DNA of 49,662 nucleotides, the filler included, from Jimgerdemannia flammicorona (lineage: Eukaryota), in the NCBI GenBank assembly GCA_003990765.1. It is 2 parts of 2 records of this genome, joined end to end, with 100 filler letters (N's around TTAATTAATTAA, not from the genome) between each part and the next. Parts side by side here need not be neighbours in the genome. Positions count along the whole stretch, not along the records: positions 24,883 to 49,662 come from RBNJ01000925.1; 1 more part is not named here. One strand, given 5' to 3'. The notes below the pieces were generated by a model. It ran no database searches. It was not told the DNA's origin and worked only from the letters and a program-made list of their open reading frames with translations. The position numbers and the translations under genes are program-made. Position 1 is the first letter of the stretch. Each line of letters starts with the position of its first letter. This document shows, one piece after another, positions 33,370 through 46,671 of this stretch.

Positions 33370-36140
33370 CTGTAGAGACACACAAAAATGTTATACACAG
33401 CTGAAATTAGAAACCAACGAGAAGATGATATAGTATGTTCTCAAGGTTTATGACTTCCGCTACAGTCATGAAATTTCCACTGAAGAAAATCTCGAACGTG
33501 AGGCGTAACTACCTGAAAGATGGAATTCTCTAAGTTGAAAACACATCTGAAGAATATTTTTAATCCTGCAAATAGGTAAAGGTCAGTTTCATTAGCCAGT
33601 ATTATCATGGGGATTTCTGGTAATCAGACGAAAATGTTAAATAAATGATGATCTTACCGAATATTCTTCATCTTATTTAGCCTTAAGTAAGCATACCAAA
33701 AGTAAGATATGTTAGCATTTAAAATATCAAATTCATCAAACAAAAAATTTCAATATAACTTACAAAAGGATTTCATTGGAGGTTATGGCATTATTAAGAG
33801 CTTTCACATCTTCTGAACTAGCCCTTTCACAATCTACAAAGCTATTATTTTATTATTCATTCATTAGTCATTCTAGGCAAGTGAAGAACAATTGAAGTCA
33901 GACTGATTACCTGATTTTACGCAGAGGAACGCCAGACAGAATACGCGTCACCGAATTTCGAAATGTACGCAGAGAACCCCTTGACACGTTCTGGATCCTG
34001 ATATTAAAATAAAAACAGTCTTGAGTACAATACAGTATAGAATGAATGCACGAGTTGAATATTGAAGACCAGAAATAATGCTAACGTTAGCTCCCAATTC
34101 TCGTCGTCAAACTTAATACGGCCATCTAAGGCATTGTTCTTGATAGCTGTATGAAGCTTCTGAATAGCGTTTGTCGACTCCCATTCCGAGGCATGATTCT
34201 CGCAAACCCATCGCACTGTTATACTGCTGTTTTCCCCATGACGGAGCACGCGCTGCAGATTCCCAAGTCGGTTGGCGTTATCCAAGCACTCAAGATAAGC
34301 TATAATCGAAATTCGGGAGATATCATGAGCATATATCGACATCAGCGCATACACACTTGAACAGAGAAACTGCACCTTGAAGTTCTCGTAGATCAGGCCT
34401 TTCCATCAGGCCTGGGGTTCTTCCTTGCGTTTGATCTGACGGCGGAGCATCAGTCGTACATTGCTTGACCTGGTCATCGGTAGCCTCGAGCTTGTCTCCA
34501 AACATCTTGAAAAAATTTTCAGTCTGCGCACAAAACTCAAGTTCGCGGCCAGTAAAGATCGATGATTCTGTTGCCCCGTATGCCGTCGAAGCAACTTGAC
34601 CGACAGCCCGTAGGACCCCTGCTGCCGCTTTCCCAAATGCAGGAACACATTCCAATAGCCTTCCTCCCAATCGTACAGCCAGTAATAGACAGGGCATGAT
34701 CTATTTTGAGCGAAAAATATTAGATGGTGTGCCAAGCGAGTTTGGACGCCCAAGCCGAACAGATGACATACCGTACGTATGTATGGTCCATATTTAGTTA
34801 CAAACTAAAATACATTTAAGTTCAGAAAAATAAGTACAAGCGTTGGAGCGCATGTCATAACAAAAATCGAAATAACATACCTCGCGTGGCCGGGTGACAC
34901 GGTAGCCGTTGTGGATTGCCAGATGGAAGTGTTTCTTTGTGCTGCCGTTTTCGATGGTTTCGTGCTCGCAGAGAAAGTATAGACGGAACGTTTTAGTGAA
35001 GAGGATGTCAAGTGATGGCGCCCAATGGCCATCCTCGGGGAATATGAAGAACAGTCGTGGAACTGTATCCTCATGGAGATCAAGCATAAGCTTGGGCAAA
35101 CTGTCGACCTTTCCATGAAGTTCGTTGAGGCTGCTGAGGATGTCTCCCGTGTCGTTCTTTATGTCTCCCGTGTCGTTCTTTATGTCTCCCATGTCGTTCT
35201 TTATATCTCTCGTGTCGTTCTTTATCTTTTCTGTATCATACTTTATATCCTGTATAATCTATGTACACGTGCAGAAAAAAAAACCATTAAGTCTCTTAAA
35301 CGTCGTATCAGGACAATCTAACACCACAAAATATCGATTTCAACTAACCGACGCCAGATCCGAAGACGGTGCTGAGATAAAAAAGGGTATATTATTATCA
35401 GTAACATTCCTGCGGGTTTTCAGTAGATTTTCCTTGCAAAATACAACTGCATAATTCACTAACCTCGCAGTTGTTCTTTCTGGAGCTTGAGGAGTAGGCG
35501 CTCTTTTTCGCGAAGTTCTGTTCGTTCTTTGAAAAGTCGTTCTTTCTCTTTCTCGTCAGCTGTCGATTCAATCCTCTTCGTCACCAGTTCAATTTCGCCT
35601 TCAACGTTCTTGATTCTAGCTTCGCAGGTGGACTGGGTAACGGCTGTCAAAAAATTAAAAACGCAAGTTATAATACGATCCCAGACGACAGCGTTGCATG
35701 TTGCGCCGAGCGAGCCAATAATTATCCAAAGAAAAAATCTTATACCTTCCGTAGATTCCTGTTGGCCGCCTGTTCCTAATCAGACCCAAAAAAAGAATGT
35801 TCATGACCGACGGTATGACCATTTACCGGACGGAATACCATATTTGATTATATTTACCTTTCAATCGAGTAATCTCGTTCATAATTTTCGCAACAGGTCC
35901 ACCTCGTAAGTTATACGGAGGTCTCAGTAGGGCTTTTTCGGTGAGTAGAAAGAGAGCAGCTCCGTCCGTTTCCTGATCACGCAAGATGGTTATATGGTCG
36001 GGTTTCAATCCAAGAGCAGGGTGTTGAAAGTGTTCAAAAACTCTGTGTTCATCCCAGGTCTTGATTTCGTCGAGCGAGGGGGTTGGAAGTTTGAAGGAGA
36101 ACATTTTGACGGAGGTAGAGGCTATACTGCGGAACTGCAT
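31777..36140 (-). CDS. ~826-aa multi-exon protein: SAM-like domain, coiled coils, Roco/TORNADO1-C-terminal-like domain, and RNI-type LRR array
   Basis: An in-frame GT-AG model can be built by hand from exons 36140-35858, 35775-35746, 35643-35464, 35371-35349, 35249-34881, 34804-34772, 34700-34376, 34299-34086, 33997-33911, 33841-33764, 33681-33658, 33565-33513 and then ten LRR exons. The SAM signature is W..V...L...IL..QETDGAALFLLT...L..PPY.L.GGP..KI. Confidence 0.8.
35140..35249 (-). repeat. 21-nt coding tandem repeat (DIKNDTG heptads, coiled coil)
   Basis: About five copies of GACATAAAGAACGACACGGGA variants in exon 5 of the LRR gene. Confidence 0.8.
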
Positions 36141-36399
36141 TTGGTCTGAACCCCAAAGCTTTCAGTGAGAACGGTATCGGTCGGAGCTTTAAGCAAGAAA
36201 CAAAACCAAATTCATGGTAGCAAATTATAAGCGAGTTTCTGTTGTTTATTTAGACTCCGAAATAACATGCGGACCCTAGACTAGCTCAACCGCCCGGAGC
36301 AACAAAATGGGAACAGAACATAACAGAGCTGTAGCGCATCACATCGGGTCAGTATCCGACAGCTGGTGGCCCGATCTCGACAACGCCGATGACTTGCCC

Positions 36400-39300
36400 A
36401 AACAGTCGTTTTTCGAAATGAGGCATGGGACCAGTCATCATGCCTAAGAAAAGACGATTCCAGTAGTGGAAGGCCCATGACTGTCTGGATCTTGTTAGTA
36501 TCCAGAACCCCTTTTTTTTTTTTTTTTTTTTTGGGTGGCGGTGGCGCGCTGACGGCTGTGGCGGTATACCACGTAAGGTCCTTGTTGATATTAATAGATC
36601 CCGAGATGCAGCGACGCTTTCCCGGACGTCTGACAGGTGTGGCTGCGGCCGGTATGACAGTTTAGAAGGCCGACGAACCGATCTTCCCCACTTTATTTCC
36701 CAATAAGGTTAACTCTGAATCTGAACGCACCCTGTTGACATGCTCGTTTTTTTCCGTGGACTGCGAGTTGTTGAATGTGAATATTTTTTCCCAACTGACA
36801 CAACGAGCCCATGACGTTTGCTTTTTGGGAACCAAAATTCGCGTCTGTCCTCAACGCACTGGCCTTCACCGTGGTTTTCATTCGAGGAGGTGGTGTGAGT
36901 GTGCTCTCTCGTCAGGCAAACAACCGAGCGACGCAGTCTGGTCATCTGATAAGATGTGTGGTTCGAACCAATTCATTGTAACCTGATCAACAATGTCTAA
37001 ATAAGAGATCGGTGTCATAAGCGCTGCGGAAACTTGATGCGAGATTGTTATCTTATCAATAGCTTGAGGTTTTTATGGTAAGGGCTCAGCAACCAAGGGT
37101 ATTTCCTAAACATATGCGAAATATAACTTTTTACACACTATACCTTTTACATATGACATAACTGTCCCTATCTTGTGGGTGCAGAAATTGACCACTTTTA
37201 ATTTGGGGAGCGTAAATGACATGACACTTGGCTTTGCGCCATCCCGAAAGGTTGTTTAAAGATAAACATTTCTTCTATGACAATCGGATCTGAAGAGATA
37301 ACTGAGACATGATATTTAGCATAGCCCTGTCATAGATTCGAGCATGAGAAGCGTCCGAGTTCTCGTGATCTTCCTTTCTCAAATAAGATTGAACGCACTC
37401 CACCACGTTGGGAAATGGCTTGGCAATGCTCGTTTTGCCGGCTCCGATTTCCGTTTCCGCGGGACGCGGCCAATCGAGGATTACCGGCTGATGGTGGGCA
37501 TGGAAATGTCTAACAGTTGATAAAAGGCTATGGGCGAGAATGCCTTCGCTCGGCTGTAGAACAGGATGACTATATTTTTAAAATACATTTTCGCGGTTTG
37601 TCGGTCGCTTTTAGATGGAAAGCTGACGGCGTGATTGCTGCCAAACAATTGTTTTTCGAATGAGACACGGGATCAATGTCATGACGCGGATGATTCCTAG
37701 AACTAGCCATCGCGCTTAAGAAAGGAAGATTCCGGAGGACAGTGGTGGAAGTGTCCGGATCTTGGTTAGTATCCAGATAACCCATTTGGAATTGTGCGGA
37801 AAATCTCAAAATTAGATGTCTCTCCTTATTTATTTATTTATTTATTTATTGGTGCCGTGTTGACGGCCGTGGTGGTATACCATGCAAGGTGCTTGTTGAT
37901 GGCAACGTTACTAATAGGTCCTGAGGTGCAGCGACGCTTTCCCGGACGTCTAAACGGGCTGCGGCCGGGACGACAGCCTAATTCTCGTTTGGAAGGCCGA
38001 CGAACCTATCGTCCCCACTTCATTTCCCCAATAAGGATTGGCTTTGAATCTGAACGAACTTCACCCTGTTGACATGCTCGTTCTGTCGGCCCCGATTTCC
38101 GTAGGCTGCGAGTTGTTGAATGTGAATATATTTCCCCAACTGACACAACGAGCCCATGGCTTTTGCTTTTTGGGCGCCAAAATTCGCGTCTGTTCCCAGC
38201 GCACTGGCCTTCACCGTAGTTTTCAAGTGAGTGTGCTCTCTCGTCAGACAAATAATCGAGCGACGCAGTCTGGCGATCTGATGAATTGCGGACGCTTCTC
38301 ATGCTCGACTCTGCAAAATTGTCATGGGGCATGACAGGGTTGACATCTTGCGAAAAACTGGAAAGGATATGCACAGGGCTATGCTAAATATTATGTCTCA
38401 GTCATCTCTTCAGATTCGATTGTCGTAGGGGGGTTGTATGTCCTTAAACAACCTTTCGGGATGACGAAAAAGGCCATCGCTCACAACAAACGTCATGTCA
38501 TTTATGCTCCTCCAAATGAAGAATTGTCAGAGAATGATGCAGCAGCTTTTAAAAGTGGTTTTTACGTCAGCATGATTTAGTTCTGGCTTCCAAATATTGA
38601 AGTCTATTTCTGCACTCACAAGATAGGGACAGTTATGTCATGTAAATTTTTTTTCTTTTTGGGAGTGTGCAAAAAGTTATATTTCACATATGTTTAGGGA
38701 ATATCATTGGTTGCCAAGCCACTACCATAAAAGCCACACGTCATTGATAACAACCCTGCATCAAGTTTCCGCAGCGCCTATGACGCCGATCTCTTATTTA
38801 GACATTGTTTATCAAGTTCTCGTGAACTTCCTCTATCCTTTCCCAAATAAGATTGAGCTTAGATCTGAACGCATTCCACCGCGTTGGGAAATGGCTTGGC
38901 AATGCTCGTTTTGCCGGCCCCGATTTCCGTTTCTGCAGGACGCGGCCAATCGAGGATTACCGGCTGGTGGTGGGTATGGGAATGTCTAACAGTTGATAAA
39001 GGCTATGGGCGAGAACGCCTTCGCTCGGCTGTAGAAGAGGATGACTATGTTTTTAAAATACATTTTCGCGGTTTGTCGGTCGCCTTTAGGTAGAAGGCTG
39101 ACGGCGTGATTGCTGCGGTTGGAGCGCCAAACAGTTGTTTTTCGAATGAGATACGGGATCAATGTCATGACGCGGATGATTCCATAGAACTAGCCATCGC
39201 GCTTAAGAAAGGAAGATTCCAGAGGACAGTGGCGGAAGTGTCCGGATCTTGGTTAGCATCCAGAAACTCCACAAAATTGGATGTCTCTCCTTTATTTATT

Positions 39301-42300
39301 TATTTATTTATTGGTGCCGTATTGGGCCGTGGTGGTATACCATGCAAGGTGCTTGTTGATGGCAAAGTTATTAATAGGTCCCAGGGTGCAGCGACGCTTT
39401 CCCGGACGTCTAGACGGGCTGCGGCCGGTACGACAGCCTAATTCTCGTTTGGAAGGCCGACGAACCGATCGTCCCCACTTCATTTCCCAATAAGGGTTGG
39501 CTTTAAATCTGAACGCACTTCACTCTGTTGATATACTCGTTCTGTCGGCCCCGATTTCCGTAGGCTGCGAGTTGTTGAATGGGAATATATTTCCCCAAAT
39601 GACACAACGAGCCCATGGCTTTTGCTTTTTGGGAGCCAAAATTCGCGTCTGTTCCCGGCGCACTGGCCTTCACCGTGGTTTTCAAGTGTGAGAGCGTTCT
39701 CTCTTCAGGCAAACAACCGAGCGACGCAGTCCGGCGATCTGATGAAATGCGGACGCTTCTCATGCTCGACTCTGAAAAATGGTCATGGAGCATGACAGGG
39801 TTGACGGCTTGCGAAAAACTGGAAAGGATACACATAGGGGTATGCTAAATATCATGTCTCAGTCATCTCTTCAGATCCGATTGTCATAAGGGAGTTGTAT
39901 GTCCTTAAACAACCTTTCATGATGGCGCAAAGCCATCGCTCACAACAAACGTCATGTCATTTATGCTCCTCCAAATGAAGATTTGTCTGATGCAGCAGCT
40001 TTTAAAAGTGGTATTTGCATTAGCATGATTTGGTTCTGGCTTCCAAATATTGAAGTCTATTTCTGCACCCACAAGATAGGAACAGTATGTCATATGTAAA
40101 ATTTATTTCTTTTTGGGAGTGTGCAAAAAGTCATATTTCACACATGTTTAGGGAATACCATTGGTTGCCAAGCCACTACCATAAAAGCTACGTCATTGAT
40201 AACAACCCTGCATCAAGTTTCCGCAGCGCTTGTGACGCCAATCTCTTATTTAGACATTGTTGATCAAGTTCTCGTGAACTTCCTCCATCCTTTCCCAAAT
40301 AAGTTTGAGCTTAAACCTGAACACATTCCACCGCGTTGGGAAATGGCTTGGCAATGCTCGTTTTGCCGGCTCCGATTTCCGTTTCCGCGGGACGCGGCCA
40401 ATCGAGGATTACCGGCTGATGGTGGGCATGGAAATGTCGAACAGTTGATAAAAGGCTATGGGGCAAGAACGCCTTTGCTCGGCTGTAGAATAGGATGACT
40501 ATGTTTTTAAAATACATTTTCGCGGTTTGTCGGTCGCTTTTAGGTAGAAAGCTGACGGCGTGATTGCTGCCAAACAATTGTTTTTTCGAATGAGACACGG
40601 GATCAATGTCATGACGCGAATGATTCCATAGAACTAGCCAGAAAGGAAGATTCCAGAGGACAGTGGCGGAAGTGTCCGGATCTTGGTTAGTATCCAGAAA
40701 ACCCATTTGGAATTGTGCGGAAACCCTTAAAATTGAATGTCTCTCCTTTATTTATTTATTTATTTTTTGTGCCGTGTTGACGGCCGTGGTGGTATACCAT
40801 GCAAGGTGCTTGTTGATGGCAAAGTTACTAATAGGTCCCGAGGTGCAACGATGCTTTCCCGGACGTCTAGACGGGCTAGGGACGACAGCCTAATTCTCGT
40901 TTGGAAGGCCGACGAACCGATCGTCCCCACTTCATTTTCCCAATAAGGATTGGCTTTGAATCTGAACGTACTTCACCCTGTCGACATGCTCGTTCTGTCG
41001 GCCCCGATTTCCGTAGGCTGCGAGTTGTTGAATGTGAATATATTTCCCCAACTGACACAACGAGCCCATGGCTTTTGCAAAAATTTGCGTCTGTTCCCAG
41101 CGCACTGGCCTTCACAGCGGTTTTCAAGTGTGAGTGTGCTCTCTCGTCAGGTAAAAAACCGTGCGACGCAGTCTGACGATCTGATGGAATGTGCTTCGAA
41201 CCAATTCATTGTAACCTGATCAACAATGTCTAAATAAGATATCAGCGTCATAAGCACTGCGGAAACTTGATGCGTGGTTGTTATTTTATCAATTGGCTTG
41301 TGGGGCTCGGCAACCAATGGTATCCCCTAAACATATGCGAAATATAACTTTTTGCATACTCCCAAAAAGAAATACCTTTTACAATATGACATAATTCTCC
41401 CTAACTTGTAGGTGCAAAAATTGACCTCAATATTTGGAGGCCAGAACCAAGTCATGCTGACCTATAAGACCACTTTTAAAAGCTGCTGCATCATTCTCTG
41501 ACAATCTTCATTTGGAGGAGCATAAAGGACATGACGTTTGGTGTAAGCGATGGCTTTACACCATCCCGACAACGAAAGATTGTTTAAGGATATATATTTA
41601 TTCCATGACAATCGGATCTGAAGAGATGACTGAGACATGCCATTTAGCGTTGCCCTGTGCGTATTCTTCCCAGTTTTTCGCAAGAATATTTGAGATGTCA
41701 ACCCCGTCATGGTCCATGACCGTTTTGCAGAATCGAGCATGAGAAGCAATCGAGTTCTCATTTTGAAGGTTGACGAACGATCTTCCTCTTTCCTTTCCCA
41801 AATAAGTTTGACTTTGAATCTGAACGCACTCCATCACGTTGGGAAATGGTTTTGGCAATGCTCGTTTTGCCGGCCCCGATTTCCGTTGGCCGCAAGTGCT
41901 TAATGTGAATATTTTCACCGACCGACGCGTATTTCCCTCTTCCTCATCTTGCAGTATCTCTTTAGCAGTGCTTGGGCGGCCAGTAGTACGTAAGCAAGGC
42001 GCTGTATTTTCCGTTCCTGCAGGAAGTGGGCAATCGAGGATTACCGGCTGGTGGTAAGCATGGAAATGTCTAACAGCTGATAGAGGCTATGGGCGAAAAC
42101 ATCCTCGCCCGGGTGTAGAACAGAATTGCTATTGTTTTTGAAGTATATTTTCGCGGTTTGTCGATCGCCTTTAGGTAGAAAGCTGACGGCGTGATTGCTG
42201 CGGTTGGAGCGCCAAATAATTATTTTTCGAATGAGACACGGGATCGATGACATAACGCCGATGATTCCATAGAACCAGCCATCACACTTAAGAAAGGAAG

Positions 42301-43350
42301 ATTCCAGAGGACAGTGGCGGAAGGTCCATCTGACTGTCCAGATCTTTTTTTTTTTTTTTTTTGGTAAGAAATACCATTTGGAATTGTGCGGAAAATCTCA
42401 AAATTGGATGTCCTTTTTTTTGCCGTGGTGGTATACCATGCAAGGACCTTATTGATGGCAAAGCTATAAGTCCCGAGATGCAGCGACGCTTTTCCGGACG
42501 CCTAGACGCTGCGACCGGTACGACAGTCTGGTTCTCGTTTGGAAGACAAACGAACCGATTTTCCCATTAAGGTTGGCCTTGAATCTGAACGCACTCCACC
42601 CTGTTGACATGCTCGTTTTGCCGGCTCCGATTTCCGTAGGCTGCGAGTTGTTGAATGTGAATATTTCTCACCAACTGACACGTCGAGGCCATGGTCTTTG
42701 CTTTTTGGGAGCCAAAATTCGCGCCTGTCCAGCCACATCACCAGTGCACTTCACCATAGTTTTCATTCGAGGAGTGTGCTATCTCTCGCCAGGCAAACAA
42801 CCAAGCGGCGCACCTGCTATCTCTCTGCCGTCTCGCAATCTGGTGATCTGATGAGTTGTGATTCGAATAACCTATCAACAATGTCTAAATAAGAGATCGG
42901 CGTCATAAGCGCTGCGGGAAATGATGCGGGGTTGTTACCTTATCAATGGCTTGTGGCTTTTATGGTGGGAGACTGGGCAACCAAAATGCCTCAAAATCAA
43001 AGGCGGTCGTAATCCCTAAACATATGTGGAATATAACTTTTTACACACTCCCAAAAAGAAATATGACATTACTGTTGCTATTTTGTGGGAACAATATTTG
43101 GAGAACCAAATCATGCTGTTAGCAGTCCGTCTGGAAATCGCTGGGAGGCCAGTAGTATGTAAGGCGCTGTATTTTCCGAACACGGCCAATCGAGAATTAC
43201 CAGGCTGGTGATGGGCATGGGAATGTCTAACAGCTAACAGAGACTATGGGCGAGGGCGTTGTTGCTCGGCTGTAGAACTGGATGACTATTGTTTTGTTTT
43301 TAAAATATCTTTTCGCGGCTTGTCGATCGCCTTTATGTAGAAAGCTAACA
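36400..43350. repeat. Degenerate tandem array of ~1.45-1.5-kb units (about 4.5 copies)
   Basis: The marker GGAAATGGCTTGGCAATGCTCGTTTTGCCGG recurs at ~37411, 38888, 40339 and 41842. Other modules recur in the same order, with many indels. Confidence 0.88.
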
Positions 43351-44464
43351 GTGGGGATGAGTTGGCTGCAGGCCAGTCCCATGGTCGTCGACACAGCATA
43401 TGTGGTTAGCAACCTTTTGAGCCACCCGGTAAAATCGCCAACGCAAAAAAATCCTTTCCCATCATCAGGGCATTAGGGGCTAACAGCTCTTCAAAACGTC
43501 GATACAGGTCATACGTTTGCTCGATATCTGCAGCGACGACCTCTTGCACGGCCTGGATGGACCTGCCATTGGCAAAAGGCTTTGGGTCAGCGTCAGAGCC
43601 AGTCGTTTTGGGTTCGTCGGCGTAGTTCCAACTGCCCTTGTTGAAAGGCCTCGAGAGCGCTGATTGACAGCTCGTGTTCTGCTCCCAGCGTGCCGTCTTT
43701 ACTCGAATCGTTGATCCAGACCCCCTGGCTTCATGAGCGCTTCAGGCGATTTGGTACCCACACCCCTCTTGGCCTATCGTCCATTTCAACATGTGATGAG
43801 GGATATCAGGCGTAACCTGGGTGATCTCGAGAATTTTATGAGCCAAGGCGTTTGGGTCGACTCTGATAAAACCCAAACCAGCGGGCGTGATCTTGAGGCG
43901 TAAGCAACCTTTGGACATGAGACTCTGGAGTCTTGCGAAAGCGCTCTTCGTGGTCCAAGTGATCACTGAAAAATGAGTCAATCGATTACGATTCTCTCAC
44001 TTTATATCCCCTTGGAAATCCGTGGCCTAATGAACATTCATCGGGAAAGAGGGCTAAGTATGGAATAATCCCGAGGGTAGTAGCATCGCGGCTATGTACA
44101 ACATTGCACATGTGCCCCGTAAGTGGGACACAAAACCAAATCATGGTAGAGAGTTTCACTATTCTGTTTGTTTGTTTAGATGACGTCTAGTAGAATCATG
44201 CCGCATCGGGTCAATACGGTATCAGCGTCAAACTAGATTCTAATTATGATTGATCCGCAGCAGGTGGATGGTGTTCGATAAACCCCAAAAAGTTATTTTT
44301 CGAAAATGAGACAACTAGTGATGTACAAATACGTATTGGTCACGTTGGTCAAAAGGTTGGGCAAACAATACAGGCTTTTTCATTACGATTTTTGTATCCA
44401 CACAACTACAGCGAATCATCACAAAGTGCGCGTCGTTAGTTCAATACCCACACAACACTTCGCC

Positions 44465-45617
44465 TTAATACTCCACCAGATTTCCAATACTCAATTCCTC
44501 CGCCCTCCCGAGCACCCACGTGGCAATCGCACAATCCTGCACACTAATCCCAACGCTCTTAAAGATAGTCACATCCTCCTCTTCCTTCCTCACCCCCCTG
44601 ACCACCCCTTCAACGATCTTGCCCTCCGCATCCACCAATCTCCCAATCTCGATCCACCCGTCGTCATACGTCCTCCTCCCTTCATTCACTTCACGTATAA
44701 ATTCCCCTGCCTCTAACTTGCACGCCTCCACCGAATCAACCACAACCATCCGCGCCTTCCCAACCGTCACTTGGTCCACCTCCTCCATATCTGGCGTGTA
44801 CGAGCCAACGCAATTCAGATGTGCACCAGGTTTTACGTCCGCGCCGTTGAAGAGCGGGGTCGACGTGTTGGTGCACGTGCAGATAATGTCCGCCTGGCGA
44901 ACGGCGGAGGCGATGTACGCGCTGCCGGACCCGACGATTGTGCGGAAGGTAACGGAGGGATGCAGAGTACGAAGCTCGGATACCATAGAGTCGAGACGAC
45001 CAGCGGTGCGGTTCCAGATCGTCACGTGCGTGAGCGTGGGGCGGATCGCGAGGATTAGGTCGATATGTGAGCGGGATTGGGCGCCAGAGCCGAAGATCAG
45101 GAGGTGCGTCGAGGTCGGAGAGGAGAGGTGGAGGGTTGCGAGGGCGGAGCCTGGAGTGAAATGGAGCACAAGTAGGGAAAGTGGGTTGTGAGGTCAGTGT
45201 CACGGTATAATTAATCTCACCAGCATAATATCAACCATGTGGTTTTTAGTTGAGCTCAAGCTCACCTGCCGCGGTCCTCACCGCCGTCAACGCTCTGGCG
45301 TTCACAACAGCCTTCACCTCGCCGGTTTCCTCGTCAATGACCAACGTCGTGGCCGGTATACCACTCGTCTGGCCTTTGGTGGGTACGCTGACGATCTTGA
45401 TGGCTGTTCCCACGTCCTGCAGGCTCGACGGCATAAATAGTACTTTGTGGGCGTCCGTCTTCACGGTCATCCGGTGCGGGACCTGGGTGGCGCCTGGGAC
45501 GTTGCTAAAGGTGTGGAAGGTGCGCGCCATGAGCTCCAGGAGGGACATGGGCGAGGCGGCGTTCAGAAGAGAGGTCACGTTGGAGTGCGAGAGGATGCGG
45601 ACATTGAGGGTGGCCAT
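44465..45617 (-). CDS. Ornithine cyclodeaminase / mu-crystallin (ketimine reductase) family protein, 345 aa, 2 exons (45617-45266, 45150-44465)
   Basis: Motifs LFMP, IKIVSV, LTAVRTAAGSALAT, Rossmann IFGSGAQ, IWNRT, ADIICTCT, PGAHLNCVGSYTPDMEEVD, EAGE and TIFKSVGISVQD. The GTGAG...CCAG intron keeps the frame. Confidence 0.95.
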
Positions 45618-46464
45618 GGTATGGTGCGGTGGGTGGGGAAGACAGGTAAATGAGGGCGTGAGAATTACATCGCTCTAAGATACTTTTGTCCTTAACGCAA
45701 TGAAATCGAAATTAAACTAGGGTTAAAATCAATATACCTGAACAGCATAAAATTAATGCCTATACATCCAGTCACGAGCTGTTTTTTTCCATTTTAATTC
45801 ACGCTAAAATCAATTAATCGTTCATCGAAATCATAAGGATCAACCCTTTCCATGAGCTCGGCCAAATGCCAGTAAAAATGCAAAACACAATATAACTGTG
45901 AAATCACATGCACCGGCGCCGTCGTTGCTCACTTATCGGAAAGTTGTTCGCCTCTATCTACAATTTGGTAAACTATGCATTCCAATATTTTAGTTTCCGT
46001 ATTAAATGCACAACAGTCGAGACTGTTCTTTGTGACCAAATTGACTTTAAAAGATAATTAGCAGGTATATAGAAACCGCTATTTATCTCACGCGAAAAAT
46101 CAAAATAACCTGTTGTGGAATTACGATTACCATCTCATTTACATTTTCATTTATCAGCATTATCCAAATCAATTCCACCCAAGCATTGTGGGACGTTGTC
46201 AGGCTTTGGTTGCGAATATTCTCCCTAATTCGTATGGGAGCTAAGAGTTTTCTGCGTTTTGGAATTTTGAAACGAAAAATCAGCGCTCGAAATCGCTGGT
46301 TACATAGACTTACATAGACGCTGTTGTGCTGCTGTACCTTTGTTATTATGTATATGAAATATTTAGAGATGCTATCGATCGTGTAAGAAACAACAACCAA
46401 AAAAAGGGACTGTTGTGGCACTGCTGAGATCCGGAACATGTCCACAACAATGAATCACCACAGT

Positions 46465-46671
46465 TCACATTGTTTTCAATGCTCGTACCAAGTTATTTAC
46501 ATCCCACCCTCCGTTTCCTCCCTTTCGGCAAACACAACCATGGCAAAAATCGTGGGACTGGGGGCAGATCAGCGACTCGGTGGGAGAGGGTTCGTCGGCG
46601 CAGGCGTAGGCGTCGGGGATGGGCAGAGACGCGACGAGGGTATCGAGGATGGCGAACAAAAGCGAGGACAT
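46465..46671 (-). CDS. Possible small Cys-rich secreted peptide (3' end may be spliced)
   Basis: MSSLLFAILDTLVASLPIPDAYA is followed by five Cys. A TATAAATA lies upstream at ~46744-46751. Confidence 0.3.
   Translation of the reverse strand: MSSLLFAILDTLVASLPIPDAYACADEPSPTESLICPQSHDFCHGCVCRKGGNGGWDVNNLVRALKTM

Noticed and set aside
31740..33400. Regular repeat-spacer pattern resembling a CRISPR array
   Set aside because: The repeats are 84-nt LRR-coding exons with GT-AG boundaries and the spacers are mutually homologous introns. The context is eukaryotic with no cas genes.
38289..40266. Recombinase-driven invertible switch (shufflon-like)
   Set aside because: No inverted recombination sites at the breakpoints, a ~30-bp loss at one junction shared by both inverted copies, and no recombinase nearby. 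A single inversion followed by duplication is simpler.
44306..45678. Long + strand ORFs overlapping the OCD/mu-crystallin gene
   Set aside because: They are antisense frames kept open by GC-rich codon usage of the real minus-strand gene.
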